From an uncultured Gammaproteobacteria bacterium (GTDB lineage Bacteria > Patescibacteriota > Microgenomatia > UBA12405 > JAHJSD01), in assembly GCA_964428655.1 (NCBI GenBank), contig CAYRYE010000001.1:137328-201327 (forward strand): DNA of 64,000 bases. Reading direction: 5' to 3'. The notes beneath the pieces are model-generated. The model worked only from the letters and a program-made list of their open reading frames with translations. It had not been told where the DNA came from and searched no databases. The first letter of the stretch is position 1, and each line of letters starts with the position of its first letter. Positions 18,731 to 29,109 of the stretch are shown here, one piece after another. Made by a program: the position numbers and the translations under genes.

Positions 18731-20242
18731 CTAGTATTTTTTTGTTACCCGGTATTCTAAACGTTTTCCAAAAAGGAGTCTAGTTTGAGCATCTAGACCT
18801 GGCAGAACAGCCATGAATAAAGTAGCGACCGGCATCAGCAGCCATTGAAGGAGATAGGGGAGTTTCTGAAAGAAAGAAGGCTTTTCTTTAGTTTCTGGCT
18901 TGAGTCGCTTGTCAAGAATAATAATTATGAACAGCGAGAAGAGGCAAGTGGTTAAAATCAGTCTGGAGAATTTTGGTAGATTATAGCCAAAGGAGGTTTG
19001 GAAAAATTTGGGATTTAATAAAGGAGGCAAGATTGCCCCAAGTGTAAGAATAAACCAATTTGTTGACCAAATTAAATGCGTTTTGAGAAGCTTATAAATC
19101 CGTAAAAACTTGACTAAAAAAGGAATCTCTGGATGTTTCATGGCTTGCTCTATAGCGTAAGGAATGTCAGTGGCTCCCCAAGCATGACGCTGACACTGAA
19201 GGTATCTATTTTTCAAAGCCTCAAGATAGGTTTCCCCTTCCGGAGCATCAATATTGGTGGGAATGAATATTGGATTAACTGACACTTTGCCTTTTTTGGC
19301 AAAGAAAGACTGTAGAAATATATGCCAGTCTTCAGGAATAATATCGATATCCCAGTAGCCAACCTCATCAAGTAATTTTAGAGATAGAGAATAAGCAGAA
19401 TAGTTAAACAAAAGTCTTTCAAATTCCTGTAAATTGGCGACATGAATGATGTTGCCAATAATGCCGACAATTCTGATTGGAGCCGGAACCCGATCAATAT
19501 TGTTGTTCCAGAAAATAGGCGATTGCCAAAAGCGTAAATGTCTGTTTTTATCTTTAGCAAAATAGTATGTTAAAGCAGCAAAATATTTGGTGTTAAAACA
19601 AGTGTCGGCGTCACAACTGGTAATAGTTAAGTAGTTAATATCCCAGCCCAGTTGATCGACTAATAATTTCTTTACTTTTTTTGCCGCCCAAGCTTCGTTT
19701 GAAGCTTTGCCTATGATTTCTCCTGGTATGTTGGCTGGATGATAAGTGGCCAAAATTTTCCCAAATTTATTTTCATATTTCTTAATTAGAATTTTGGCTC
19801 GTTGACGATGGCCCTTGGCTCTTTTTTCCATGGCTAAAACAACCACTAACCTTTGGGGACTAATGATTTTTTGTTTGGCCAAGCAATCAAGGTTTGAAGA
19901 AAGCGTTTCAATAGATTCGTTAACATTTGGAATAATGATGATGTGGTTAATTTTTTCCCAAGTCAGCCAGTCCTTTTGCCCCCTTTTTTCTTTTTGCCAT
20001 TTTTTATACCAGTTAGTTTTTCTTGCCGCTTTTATTTTAAGATAGCCTTTAATGCCCAGAATGGCCGCTTCGAAAGATTGATAGAGCCAGAAGATTAGAA
20101 AGGCAATAACAAAATAACCAACTGCTTTAGGGATTAAGAATGATCCCCAAATCAGAAAAAAGATGATGTTCCAAGCGGCTAATCCGGGAACCATTTCCAA
20201 AAAGCGATAGAATCGACGTTTCTTTGATTTTCTCGTAGTCAT
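18731..20242 (-). CDS. Membrane-bound family 2 glycosyltransferase (processive-type motifs)
   Basis: GKASN, CDAD, PEDW, QCQRHAWG (QxxRW-like). Confidence 0.88.
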   Translation of the reverse strand: MTTRKSKKRRFYRFLEMVPGLAAWNIIFFLIWGSFLIPKAVGYFVIAFLIFWLYQSFEAAILGIKGYLKIKAARKTNWYKKWQKEKRGQKDWLTWEKINHIIIIPNVNESIETLSSNLDCLAKQKIISPQRLVVVLAMEKRAKGHRQRAKILIKKYENKFGKILATYHPANIPGEIIGKASNEAWAAKKVKKLLVDQLGWDINYLTITSCDADTCFNTKYFAALTYYFAKDKNRHLRFWQSPIFWNNNIDRVPAPIRIVGIIGNIIHVANLQEFERLLFNYSAYSLSLKLLDEVGYWDIDIIPEDWHIFLQSFFAKKGKVSVNPIFIPTNIDAPEGETYLEALKNRYLQCQRHAWGATDIPYAIEQAMKHPEIPFLVKFLRIYKLLKTHLIWSTNWFILTLGAILPPLLNPKFFQTSFGYNLPKFSRLILTTCLFSLFIIIILDKRLKPETKEKPSFFQKLPYLLQWLLMPVATLFMAVLPGLDAQTRLLFGKRLEYRVTKKY

Positions 20243-20275
20243 CGGTGATATTTTATCATTTTTGCCTCAATTTAA

Positions 20276-21727
20276 CTATTCGTAAGTTTGGTTGAGCAGG
20301 TATATTGAGTCAGATATGTCTTGGATAGAAAAAGAATGGTAATTTTTTGATAAGTGTTGATCTAATTCCGGCCAGATTCTTTTTTCATCTTTGAGCTTGA
20401 TAATGATTTTAGGCTTGGTTTTTTTAATGGCTTCTAATGTTTCCTGAAAGCCATTGAAGTCATAAATGTGGTAGTTGACTGTGTATCGCCCTGGCGGCAA
20501 TCGTTTTGAAATGGCGTAGATGCAGGCGCCGTCTCCCCAGACAAAAACCCGGTTGTTTTCAGGAGAATGCCATTTTATAAAACGAGCTAATTTGTAATCA
20601 CTAGCTGTTTTCTCGCCCCAGTAATTTAAGTATTGTTTTTTGTTAATTTTCCCGGCGGCATAGGAGACAAAGTTTCTATAGTAAGGCAGGATGGGGTACC
20701 ACCAGAAGTTAAAATAGAGATAAGAGGCTAAAAGGATTCCGATGGCACTGCTGGTTAATACAAAATTGAAAACTGTTTTCTTATCAATGGTCAAAGCGAT
20801 TAATATTGCCAAACTAGGGGCAATTTCGATTAAATAATGGGGATAAGGACGTTCTGACAAAAGAGCGCCGAATAATCCCCAAATAAACCAGATACCAAAG
20901 AATGATAAATTAGAAGGGATTTTCTTTCGAAAGATAAAAAACATAAAAGAGAAAATTATTAATAAAGAGAATCTGACAAACAATCCCAAGTTACTGCCTT
21001 GCCAGGAAGAAAGATAACCAATGTTTTGAAGTAGGGCAGAGCGAACATAAGGCGTAAATGCTCCCTTAAGGCTGTAGTAAAATATGGTCAGCAAAATAGG
21101 CGAGAAAAAGCCGGCAATAATTCCCCAAAACCTTTTGTTTCTAAGTATTCTTATTAATGATTTAAATTGAAGTTTCTTCATGGAGATAATGTACAAAGCA
21201 AAAAGGATGCCGACTAAGTCGAATAGAATGGGTATTTTGAATAAGAAACCGATTGAGAAAAGGAAGCCGATCAATCCACCAAAAAGAAAAGTTTTTTTCT
21301 GAGGATATTGGAATAGCAGATAAACAGCCAGGCTAGCCGGCATAATCATAAACATTTCACCATTAGCAGTTCGACCTTCAAAGATTAAATAAAGAAGAGT
21401 AAAGACTATTCCGCCGGCTAAAGGAGCAATTCTGTTTTTGGTAATTCTTTTAATTAATTGATAAATGATTCCTAAATGGACTAAGTTACATATAATGGCA
21501 ATTGCTCGGAACCAAGAGAGACGGCCATTAGCAATAGCGGCAGTTAAGTATAAAAGGGGGGGTTTGTTGTCGTGGATATCCCGGTAAAAAGTTAAACCCT
21601 TGCGGAAAGCGTTGCCTAGGGTTAGATAAATACATTCATCACCATAAGAAATGGGTTCGAAAAGACTGGGGATCCAGAGAATAAGATTTATTAATAATAA
21701 AATGGCTAGTTTTTTATCAAGTTTCAT
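20276..21727 (-). CDS. GT-C (PMT_2/ArnT-like) glycosyltransferase
   Basis: YGDE.IY, YRDIHDNKPP, ANGEMF, RPYPHY. Confidence 0.82.
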   Translation of the reverse strand: MKLDKKLAILLLINLILWIPSLFEPISYGDECIYLTLGNAFRKGLTFYRDIHDNKPPLLYLTAAIANGRLSWFRAIAIICNLVHLGIIYQLIKRITKNRIAPLAGGIVFTLLYLIFEGRTANGEMFMIMPASLAVYLLFQYPQKKTFLFGGLIGFLFSIGFLFKIPILFDLVGILFALYIISMKKLQFKSLIRILRNKRFWGIIAGFFSPILLTIFYYSLKGAFTPYVRSALLQNIGYLSSWQGSNLGLFVRFSLLIIFSFMFFIFRKKIPSNLSFFGIWFIWGLFGALLSERPYPHYLIEIAPSLAILIALTIDKKTVFNFVLTSSAIGILLASYLYFNFWWYPILPYYRNFVSYAAGKINKKQYLNYWGEKTASDYKLARFIKWHSPENNRVFVWGDGACIYAISKRLPPGRYTVNYHIYDFNGFQETLEAIKKTKPKIIIKLKDEKRIWPELDQHLSKNYHSFSIQDISDSIYLLNQTYE

Positions 21728-23022
21728 TTTTCCTTGATCCAAACAAAATAGAGTGAGTCTATTTTGTGGTAGCGGTCTATTTGATAGTTGTCAATTTTCA
21801 TAGAATCAGGATGTTCACTGCTGACTAAAGCAATTTCCTGGTTTTCAGGTAGTTGATAAACAACATCTTTTTCTGTCATCTGCGCGGTGCCGACATAAAA
21901 AGGCAATGGCCCGCCAGGTGAGTAAATTGGTGCTTTGATGCCGTAATATTTTGTTTCCCATAAATGATGAGCGGCCCCATTATAATTGGCGATAAAAATG
22001 TTTTCGGAAACATTTTCTTTAATCCAGGTAGTAAACCCACGAAACGGCTTTTTAAAAGGATGCAGAAAATAGTTGCTGCTGATAAGAAAGAAAAGAAAAG
22101 AAATAGGGATAATTAAGAAATAGCCGATTTTCCTAACTTGAGAAGCTAGCAAAAGCATAATTGGTGGGACGCAGTAAAGCAGATAGCGTTCATAAAAGAT
22201 AGACATTTTGGTTTGTGAAATAAGAAAAGTCAAAATTGGCGGCAAAATAGCCCAAGAAAGCAAAAGGAAATCAGTTTTGAGGTTTTTTCGGCGCCATTTT
22301 CTTAGGGCTAAAATTATGCCCGCCAAAATCGGAATCTTGGTTTGAATTTGGAAAACAGTTCGGTGGGTAAGAAAATTTCTGAAAGTTCCCAAAAGATGTT
22401 TTAGTTTGGGATTTCCCAGCCAGAAACCAGTTGAAACAAGGGTTGTCTGAAGATAAAGAGGATAGAGCCAGGGGATATAAAGAATGCCAATGACTAAATA
22501 AGGCTGGATGGTTTTCCAGAGATTTTGCTCTTTACACTGCAAGCCAAAAATTAATTGCCAGAGAAATTGGCTGAAAATAGGGAAAAAAGCAAAATGATGT
22601 GAATAAAGAGCGGCGGCGGCGGAAAGAATGTAGCCCCAGTTGTTTTTTTTAATAAGAAAATAAAAAGAAAGGGTGACGAAAAACAAGAGACAAAAATACA
22701 TCCGGCCCTCAAGCGCATAGGGGAATAAAAAGGGATTGAAGAAAGATAGAATAGCTGCTAGAGCTCCTGTTTTTTTATCAAAAAGTTTTTTACCGATTAG
22801 ATAAATAATAAAAACCGTTCCTAAATAAAAAAGAAGGGATAAACTGCGGATAGCGATTTCAGAAGAGCCGAAAATCTTAAACCAAAACCACATAATGATG
22901 TACATTAAAGGCGGCGAAGTATCCTTGGCAACGATTTTAATCATTGGCCAAAATGGTTCTTGGGCTAAAACTGCGCTGAATGCCTCATCTCCCCAAAGGC
23001 TGCAATTAAAGAGCGTGTTCAT
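21724..23022 (-). CDS. GT-C (PMT_2 mannosyltransferase-like) glycosyltransferase
   Basis: SLWGDEAFS, DTSPPL.Y, FGSSE.AIR.LS, EGRMY, ERYL. Confidence 0.85.
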   Translation of the reverse strand: MNTLFNCSLWGDEAFSAVLAQEPFWPMIKIVAKDTSPPLMYIIMWFWFKIFGSSEIAIRSLSLLFYLGTVFIIYLIGKKLFDKKTGALAAILSFFNPFLFPYALEGRMYFCLLFFVTLSFYFLIKKNNWGYILSAAAALYSHHFAFFPIFSQFLWQLIFGLQCKEQNLWKTIQPYLVIGILYIPWLYPLYLQTTLVSTGFWLGNPKLKHLLGTFRNFLTHRTVFQIQTKIPILAGIILALRKWRRKNLKTDFLLLSWAILPPILTFLISQTKMSIFYERYLLYCVPPIMLLLASQVRKIGYFLIIPISFLFFLISSNYFLHPFKKPFRGFTTWIKENVSENIFIANYNGAAHHLWETKYYGIKAPIYSPGGPLPFYVGTAQMTEKDVVYQLPENQEIALVSSEHPDSMKIDNYQIDRYHKIDSLYFVWIKEK

Positions 23023-23042
23023 CCTTGGCTTAGTTTAGCATA

Positions 23043-23282
23043 TTATGAAGTTGCAGATAATTTAGATAGCTTGCTTTTAAGCCGGGCCGCTTTGTTTTTG
23101 TGGAAGATATTTCTTTTGACTGCTTTGTCCAGAGCAGAATAAACCTCTTTGAGGTTTTCCTTAGTGGGTTTTTTCTTAAAGGCTTGAATTACTTGCTTGA
23201 CTTTTGACTTAATCCGACGATTAAATACCGCCTTTTTTCTTGATTGTTTTAATGCTTTTTTGGCTGATTTAGTAATTGGCAT
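23043..23282 (-). CDS. rpsT: 30S ribosomal protein S20
   Basis: MPITKSAKKA..Q, LDKA.K..IFHKNKAARLKS. Confidence 0.96.
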   Translation of the reverse strand: MPITKSAKKALKQSRKKAVFNRRIKSKVKQVIQAFKKKPTKENLKEVYSALDKAVKRNIFHKNKAARLKSKLSKLSATS

Positions 23283-23348
23283 AAAGATTCGTTTGATTTT
23301 AACACCTGATTGCTAGGATGACAAGGAGTTGGTATACTCCGATTGGTA

Positions 23349-25031
23349 ATGCACAGATTTCTTTTTCCCAGATTTAGAATAAAAGCGATTTTTGAGAACG
23401 GTTCAAGAATTTTTTCACGCCGTCAGTCTAGTATTTTCTCCGCAGCTGCAATTTTGGCAGTGGCTTTTGGTATTTCAGCTCTATTAGGTATTTTTAGAGA
23501 CCGCTTGCTATATGCTAAATTTTATGCTTGTTGCGCCGATCAACTTGATGCTTATAACGCTGCTTTTCGACTTCCGGACATTATTTTTAGACTTTTGGTA
23601 ACAGGGGCTCTTTCGGCTGCTTTTATTCCTGTTTTTAGTGAGCAAATTTCCAAGAGCAAGGAAAAAGCTTACCGGATGGTTTCTTCAGTAATCAATATTC
23701 TCTTTTTAGCTTTTTTGAGCTTGTCAATTATTGTAATTGTTTTTGCCTATCCTCTTTCTCGCCTGATCGCTTCTGGTTTTAGCGGTGACCAGATTTTACT
23801 TATGAGTTTGATAACCAGAATAATGGTTTCTGCTCAGATATTTTTTTTGTTAAGTAGTTTTTTAACTGGCATCCTGCAGACCTATCAGCGCTTTTTGATT
23901 CCCGCCCTGGCGCCCGTTGTTTATAACTTAGGGATTATTTTGGGTATTCAACTGTTAGCACCACGTTGGGGGATTTTTGGTCCTGCCATTGGGGTAGTGA
24001 TTGGTTCAGCTCTGCACTTCTTAATTCAGTTGCCTTTAGTTTTATCATTGGGCTTCAGGTACTCGTTTTCATTCTCTTTTCGACTCCTTGGGGTGAGGAA
24101 GATTTTAAGACTGATGCCGCCAAGGACATTAGCCTTGGGTCTAAGCGAAATTGAGGCTACGCTCTCTCTTTTTCTAGCCAGTAGTTTGCCAACGGGGAGT
24201 CTTTCCTTGTTTTACTTAGGGCAGCGCTTAACTCAATTTTTTTCACGCATTTTTGGAGTGACTATCGGCCAGGCTTGCTTGCCGGTCTTATCAAAAGAAG
24301 CCAGCAAACATCGCCTTGACAGGTTTCGAAAGACGCTTTTGGGTTCCCTACTTCAAGCTCTTTATTTGGCTTTTCCAGCAGCAAGTATTTTCTTGATTTT
24401 AAGAGTGCCGATCGTACGATTGGCTTATGGTTCAAAAGATTTTCCTTGGCAGGCAACAATTGCCACAGGGCGAATTGTTGCCTGTTTCGCTCCATTAGTC
24501 ATTTTTAATGTCATTAACGACATTTTAATAAGGGGGTTTCATGCTCTTCAGGATACAAAGACACCCCTGTTGGCATCTTTTATTTCCCTGATCAGTGTTC
24601 TGGCGGCGGCCTTATTTGCTATTTTTAAATTAGGGTTGGGCATTCATGGTTTGGCAGTGGCAATTACTTTGGCGGGATTAATTCGAGCTCTAGTTCTAGC
24701 AGTTTTGTTAATTAAAAAAGCTGAAATTAGAGATTTAGCAACGGATTTTTTCTCGCCGATTTTAAAGATGTTCTTTTCCAGTATTGTTTTGGTATTGACT
24801 AGTTGGATTTTGCTTAGAACGCTAGATCGTTATGTTTTTGATACAACCCGGATTGCGGGCCTAATAGGTTTGGCCGGAATTAGTTTTGTAGTGGGAGTCT
24901 TTGTTTATTTTGTGTTCACTTTGGCTTTAAGTTTAAAAGAAGCCCAAGTTATCTTAAAGCTGATGAGACGAATTGTGGTTTGGCCGGAATCAGCTCCGCA
25001 ATTAACAGAACTTCCTCCATTACCAGAATAG
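23349..25031 (+). CDS. murJ: Lipid II flippase MurJ/MviN
   Basis: LG..RD, DAYNAAFRLPD, GALSAAFIPVF, QDTKTP. Confidence 0.95.
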   Translation: MHRFLFPRFRIKAIFENGSRIFSRRQSSIFSAAAILAVAFGISALLGIFRDRLLYAKFYACCADQLDAYNAAFRLPDIIFRLLVTGALSAAFIPVFSEQISKSKEKAYRMVSSVINILFLAFLSLSIIVIVFAYPLSRLIASGFSGDQILLMSLITRIMVSAQIFFLLSSFLTGILQTYQRFLIPALAPVVYNLGIILGIQLLAPRWGIFGPAIGVVIGSALHFLIQLPLVLSLGFRYSFSFSFRLLGVRKILRLMPPRTLALGLSEIEATLSLFLASSLPTGSLSLFYLGQRLTQFFSRIFGVTIGQACLPVLSKEASKHRLDRFRKTLLGSLLQALYLAFPAASIFLILRVPIVRLAYGSKDFPWQATIATGRIVACFAPLVIFNVINDILIRGFHALQDTKTPLLASFISLISVLAAALFAIFKLGLGIHGLAVAITLAGLIRALVLAVLLIKKAEIRDLATDFFSPILKMFFSSIVLVLTSWILLRTLDRYVFDTTRIAGLIGLAGISFVVGVFVYFVFTLALSLKEAQVILKLMRRIVVWPESAPQLTELPPLPE

Positions 25032-25037
25032 CTTTTT

Positions 25038-25066
25038 TTGACACTCTTTTTGAAGTTTAATATACT
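25038..25066 (+). promoter_or_regulatory. sigma70 promoter TTGACA-17-TATACT
   Basis: -35 25038-25043, -10 25061-25066, ATG 8 nt downstream. Confidence 0.7.
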
Positions 25067-25074
25067 GGATTAGA

Positions 25075-25650
25075 ATGGCTGAACGCGAAATTTCCTTGCT
25101 GCCTAAAGAAAAGTGGGAAGGGACTGTTATTGGGAGGTTGATGAATTGGGTTTTCTCAGTGGGAAGATACATTATTATCTTCACAGAACTGATTGTTGTT
25201 GGCGCTTTTATATCTAGATTTTGGTTGGACAGAACGAACTCTGATTTATCGGAAGAGGTTAGACAGCAAGAGGCAATTTTAGCTAGTACTAGTGATTTTG
25301 AGAAGGAGTTTACGCTTTTTCAGTCAAGACTGAAGACAATTGCTACTGCCTTAAAAGAACCGAGCGATCCTTTATTATCTTTGGAACTAATTGTTGATAG
25401 CCTTCCCGCTGATGCGGTTCTTGTGAAATACGGTTTTTCAGGAGGGGAGAAGAACGAGGCATCGGTGCTGGCCTTGATTTTTTCCGAGTCTAGTCTGGTA
25501 GAATTTGTAGATAATCTTTTGAGTGAAAGTGAAGTCTCTTCGGTTAGGATTGGGACAATTGAAAGAAGCCAGGGAATGGCTGGAATGAAGATTCAGTTTT
25601 TAATTAGTTTCCGGAGGCCTGGTGCCAATGAAAAAACAGACAATAGCTAA
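25075..25650 (+). CDS. PilN-like type IV pilus alignment protein
   Basis: N-terminal ISLLP (INLLP-like), single TM, coiled coil, ferredoxin-like periplasmic pattern. Confidence 0.65.
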   Translation: MAEREISLLPKEKWEGTVIGRLMNWVFSVGRYIIIFTELIVVGAFISRFWLDRTNSDLSEEVRQQEAILASTSDFEKEFTLFQSRLKTIATALKEPSDPLLSLELIVDSLPADAVLVKYGFSGGEKNEASVLALIFSESSLVEFVDNLLSESEVSSVRIGTIERSQGMAGMKIQFLISFRRPGANEKTDNS

Positions 25651-26290
25651 GCTTTTCAATAACTATCAAAAAGGATTAACAAAGGCGATTGAGAAGTATC
25701 AAGAACAAGAGGAAGCGTGGCGCTACACAGAGGTAGCCTTGACCCTGTTTACAGTGGCCTTTTTTGTTTTGTTCGCAATCAGACCGGCGGTAGTTACAAT
25801 TTCTAGTTTAGTTGGTGAGATTAAAGAAAAAGAGACAATCAGCTTGAAAATGAGAGGAAAAATAAATGCAATTATTGCTGCTCAAGAAGAATATGCCTTG
25901 GTCCAAGAAAAAGCAGATTTAATTGACAGTTTTTTACCGGTCTCTTTTAATATCAGTCAAGGTTTGACGCAAGTCATTGGCAGTGCAAATCAAAGCCAAG
26001 TAAGCTTGGGAGGAATCAGTCTCGCCGGAGTATCGCTGATTGGCGAAGAGGAAGTCAAAAAAGAGAAAGAAAAAAAGGAGGAGAATGAAAATCTCTCTGA
26101 ATTAAACTTTAGCTTTAGCAGCAAGGGAGACTATTTTAACTTAAAGCAGGTTGTTAAGATGATAGTGGAAACTAGGCGCTGGATAGACTTGACTCAGTAT
26201 CAAATTACTAAGAGCCAGAAAGAAGAGGAGCCCTTAAGCCTGACAATTAATGGAAGGTTATTCTATTGGAATGACAATGAAGAAAAGTAA
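25622..26290 (+). CDS. PilO-like type IV pilus alignment protein
   Basis: TM + coiled coil + LP...; G.Y..L..........R motif; follows PilN-like gene. Confidence 0.6.
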   Translation: MPMKKQTIAKLFNNYQKGLTKAIEKYQEQEEAWRYTEVALTLFTVAFFVLFAIRPAVVTISSLVGEIKEKETISLKMRGKINAIIAAQEEYALVQEKADLIDSFLPVSFNISQGLTQVIGSANQSQVSLGGISLAGVSLIGEEEVKKEKEKKEENENLSELNFSFSSKGDYFNLKQVVKMIVETRRWIDLTQYQITKSQKEEEPLSLTINGRLFYWNDNEEK

Positions 26291-26591
26291 TAAAATACCC
26301 AAAAGATTAGTTTGGCTGGCGGTTCTAACTCTTTTAACTGCTTTAATTTGGGTGGCTCTTGATAGCTATCATCAATTGGTTGAAAAAGATCAGCTGAAGA
26401 AATTTAACAAGTTAATCAAGATACTTAATACTGAATTAGAGACTGATATTTTGACCGAGATCGAGGCCAGGAAGGAGTATCAGATTGATGAGATAAAGGA
26501 GTATTTTTTACCTACTCCGACTGCTACTGAACTGGAGAAAATTAGTAGTCCCAGTGCGATATCCACAGAATCAGGAGAGATTAGTGAATAA
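26271..26591 (+). CDS. Hypothetical single-TM protein (PilP position)
   Basis: Overlaps neighbours; one TM; short PT-rich tail. Confidence 0.55.
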   Translation: MTMKKSNKIPKRLVWLAVLTLLTALIWVALDSYHQLVEKDQLKKFNKLIKILNTELETDILTEIEARKEYQIDEIKEYFLPTPTATELEKISSPSAISTESGEISE

Positions 26592-27957
26592 AGAGAAAAG
26601 AATACCTACTTTTTTAGGAATAGGCCTTGTTTTGGCTCTGGTAGCCGCCTTGCTTCTTGTAAGGCGGGTGGTTGTTTTTCGGTCTGGGGCCAGTGGAGAA
26701 ACTGTTCCGAAAGAGGTTAAACTAACTAATATCACTAGTGGTTCTTTCGTTGTTTCCTGGCTGACGACAAAAAAGACTAGCGGTTTATTAGGCTTGTTGG
26801 ATAACGGCCAAGAAAGATTATTTCCCGACACTCGAGATAAAACTGGGGAGTTAGCTAAATTTACCACCCACTATATTGTAGTGGATGGGTTGGAGGGTGA
26901 TAGTCAATATGAATTTATTATTATTTCCGGCGGTCAGAAATTTTATGATTCCAGAGAAAACCCTTACCGGGCACATACCGCTAAATCGATTTCGGGAGAA
27001 TTGCCGAAAGCAAATTTGGCATCAGGAGTAGTTAAAACCCTTGATGGCGCATCAGCCAAGGGAGCAATTGCTTATGTTGCTATTGATGGAATTGCGCCTC
27101 TCTCCTCCTTGGTAACTAGTCAAGGGAATTGGGTTATTTCTCTAGCGAAAGCATTTTCTTCGGATTTGAGCCAATTAGCTAATTATCAAGAAGGACATAT
27201 ACTGGAGGAGATTTATGTTCAGGGTGGAGAGATGGGAGTAGCCACGGCCTTGGTTTACACGGAAGATGATGATCCGGTTTCCACAATTACTCTAGGCAGT
27301 CAGTATGATTTTACAGACAAAAATGGTTCCTCAGCCATAGTCGTTCCCACCTCAACGGCAGAATCAAAGTTAGCAGTCGGAGAAGAATGGGAATCATTAA
27401 GTCGTCCTTTTGAGATTATTAATCCCAATGATGGAGAGATGATTAATTTTCCCAGGCCAGAAATTTTTGGTTTTGGTCCCCGGGGAGGTAAAGTTAAAAT
27501 AGTTTTAAAGTCGCCAGTTACTCATGAGGCCGAAGTTGAAATTGATGATCTTGGTAACTGGCGTTGGTCTCCACCTCAAAACTTAATTCCTGGGTCTCAT
27601 ACTTTGAGGATTAAATATACTGATCCTGATACTGGCGAGGAGGAAGATTTTATCCGCACTTTTGTTTTGGCGGCTAGCATTGATGAAGACCAGCCATCAT
27701 TCAGCTCTACTCCTTCGGGGGCAACTGCTACTTTAACGCCGACTTTAACACCTACGGTAGTGCCGACAGCAACTATTGTCTTGTCTCCAACAGCGAGCCC
27801 AACAGCTATTTTAACGGTCACAGCGACTCCACCGCCAAGAACTAGTCAGCCCTCAACTGAATCTGGTGTTCCTGAAAGTGGCTTCTGGGAACCAACCTTT
27901 ATTTTCATCAGTGGAAGTGTTATTTTATTTTTAGTATTGGCTTTAGGCTGGATTTAG
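26584..27957 (+). CDS. Surface protein with FN3-like and Ig-like domains, PT-rich linker, VPESG + C-terminal TM
   Basis: P.EV.LTNIT..SF.VSW.T, H.I.V.GL....Y.F.I.S; G.W.W......L..G.HTL; PT repeats. Confidence 0.75.
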   Translation: MNKEKRIPTFLGIGLVLALVAALLLVRRVVVFRSGASGETVPKEVKLTNITSGSFVVSWLTTKKTSGLLGLLDNGQERLFPDTRDKTGELAKFTTHYIVVDGLEGDSQYEFIIISGGQKFYDSRENPYRAHTAKSISGELPKANLASGVVKTLDGASAKGAIAYVAIDGIAPLSSLVTSQGNWVISLAKAFSSDLSQLANYQEGHILEEIYVQGGEMGVATALVYTEDDDPVSTITLGSQYDFTDKNGSSAIVVPTSTAESKLAVGEEWESLSRPFEIINPNDGEMINFPRPEIFGFGPRGGKVKIVLKSPVTHEAEVEIDDLGNWRWSPPQNLIPGSHTLRIKYTDPDTGEEEDFIRTFVLAASIDEDQPSFSSTPSGATATLTPTLTPTVVPTATIVLSPTASPTAILTVTATPPPRTSQPSTESGVPESGFWEPTFIFISGSVILFLVLALGWI

Positions 27958-27960
27958 TAT

Positions 27961-28001
27961 TTGACATTAGTGGCTTTAGTCAATTAAACTGGTTTTAGGA
28001 G
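27961..28001 (+). promoter_or_regulatory. Promoter TTGACA-18-TAAACT and SD AGGAG
   Basis: TTGACA 27961, TAAACT 27985, AGGAG 27997; TTGAC...GTCAA inverted repeat 27961-27983. Confidence 0.55.
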
Positions 28002-28007
28002 ATTTTT

Positions 28008-29096
28008 ATGGTTAGAAAAAAACACTTTCTTTTTTTAATTGTTTCTCTTTTTCTCTTGTCAGCTTCTTTAATTGGAGGAATCGTTCTGGTTAAACAAAGA
28101 CAGGAGACAAGAAAAGGAGCTACATGTAACTGCGGCGGCGTGGTGACTCCTTGTGGAACCGAACATTGTAATACCCAAGAATGTAATAAATACAAGTGTA
28201 CTCCTAGCGGTTGGGAAAAAGTCTGTGATAATTGCTGTGGAAATTGTAGTGAACCCCAATGTGGAAATGGTACATGTGATCCTGGTGAAAATTGTGACAA
28301 TTGTCGTCAAGATTGTGAAGTTGATGGCGATTGTAGTGGAGGTGGACCGAGGAATTGCGACCCTGCCTGCGGAATTAATCAGATTTGTTGTAATGGGGTT
28401 TGTTTTGATGGTAGTACATGCGAGGGAAAAGAAACCGGTTCAGCTGATTGCTCTATTGAGGGTCATTCTTTCAAAGTTAAGTGCACTGATATTAGTGGAG
28501 GGGTAACTGGTCATTGGGCAGGTTGCAGCACTGATGAAGAATATGAAACTCTTGCCCAATGTAAGGCTAGCCAAACAGGTGTTGGTTGCGCTACTCATAA
28601 TTTCAGTGTTAATTGTGATGGTCAATGGCATACTGTTGGTAGTTGGTCGCCGAAACCCTGTACTTTTTATCAGGAAGATTTAAATGTTTATTATCCTGGC
28701 GGCACCTTAGCTTGTGGTCGGGCAAAAGTTGATTGTTGGAATGGCGATTGGTCGATTTGTGTTGCACCAACTCCAACTCCAACACCTACGCCTACACCCA
28801 CTCCGACACCGGTTTTTTCTTGTGAGTGTTTAATCCTAGAGATGTATGATTTGGATTGGGAGTTAATTACTGATTACTCTTCCCTTTTGCCGGAAACTGA
28901 AGTTTACCTTGCTGTGACTGGCGAAACTGATCATCCCGGCGGTTTAACTCGGGCGAGATTTAGGATCAATAACGGTGATTGGCAAGAGACAACTGATCGT
29001 CATAACAACAGTTTTTATATAGAGTTTGAGATTCCTGATTATGGAAGTTATTCAGTAGAGGCTCAAGTTTTCAACCCTGATTTGGGTTGGTGGTAA
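28008..29096 (+). CDS. Cysteine-rich secreted/anchored protein with PT linker and C-terminal Ig-like domain
   Basis: N-terminal TM + QETR; many Cys incl. CGNGTCDPGENCDNCRQDC; (PT)n. Confidence 0.75.
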   Translation: MVRKKHFLFLIVSLFLLSASLIGGIVLVKQRQETRKGATCNCGGVVTPCGTEHCNTQECNKYKCTPSGWEKVCDNCCGNCSEPQCGNGTCDPGENCDNCRQDCEVDGDCSGGGPRNCDPACGINQICCNGVCFDGSTCEGKETGSADCSIEGHSFKVKCTDISGGVTGHWAGCSTDEEYETLAQCKASQTGVGCATHNFSVNCDGQWHTVGSWSPKPCTFYQEDLNVYYPGGTLACGRAKVDCWNGDWSICVAPTPTPTPTPTPTPTPVFSCECLILEMYDLDWELITDYSSLLPETEVYLAVTGETDHPGGLTRARFRINNGDWQETTDRHNNSFYIEFEIPDYGSYSVEAQVFNPDLGWW

Positions 29097-29109
29097 GTTT
29101 ATTTTTAAA

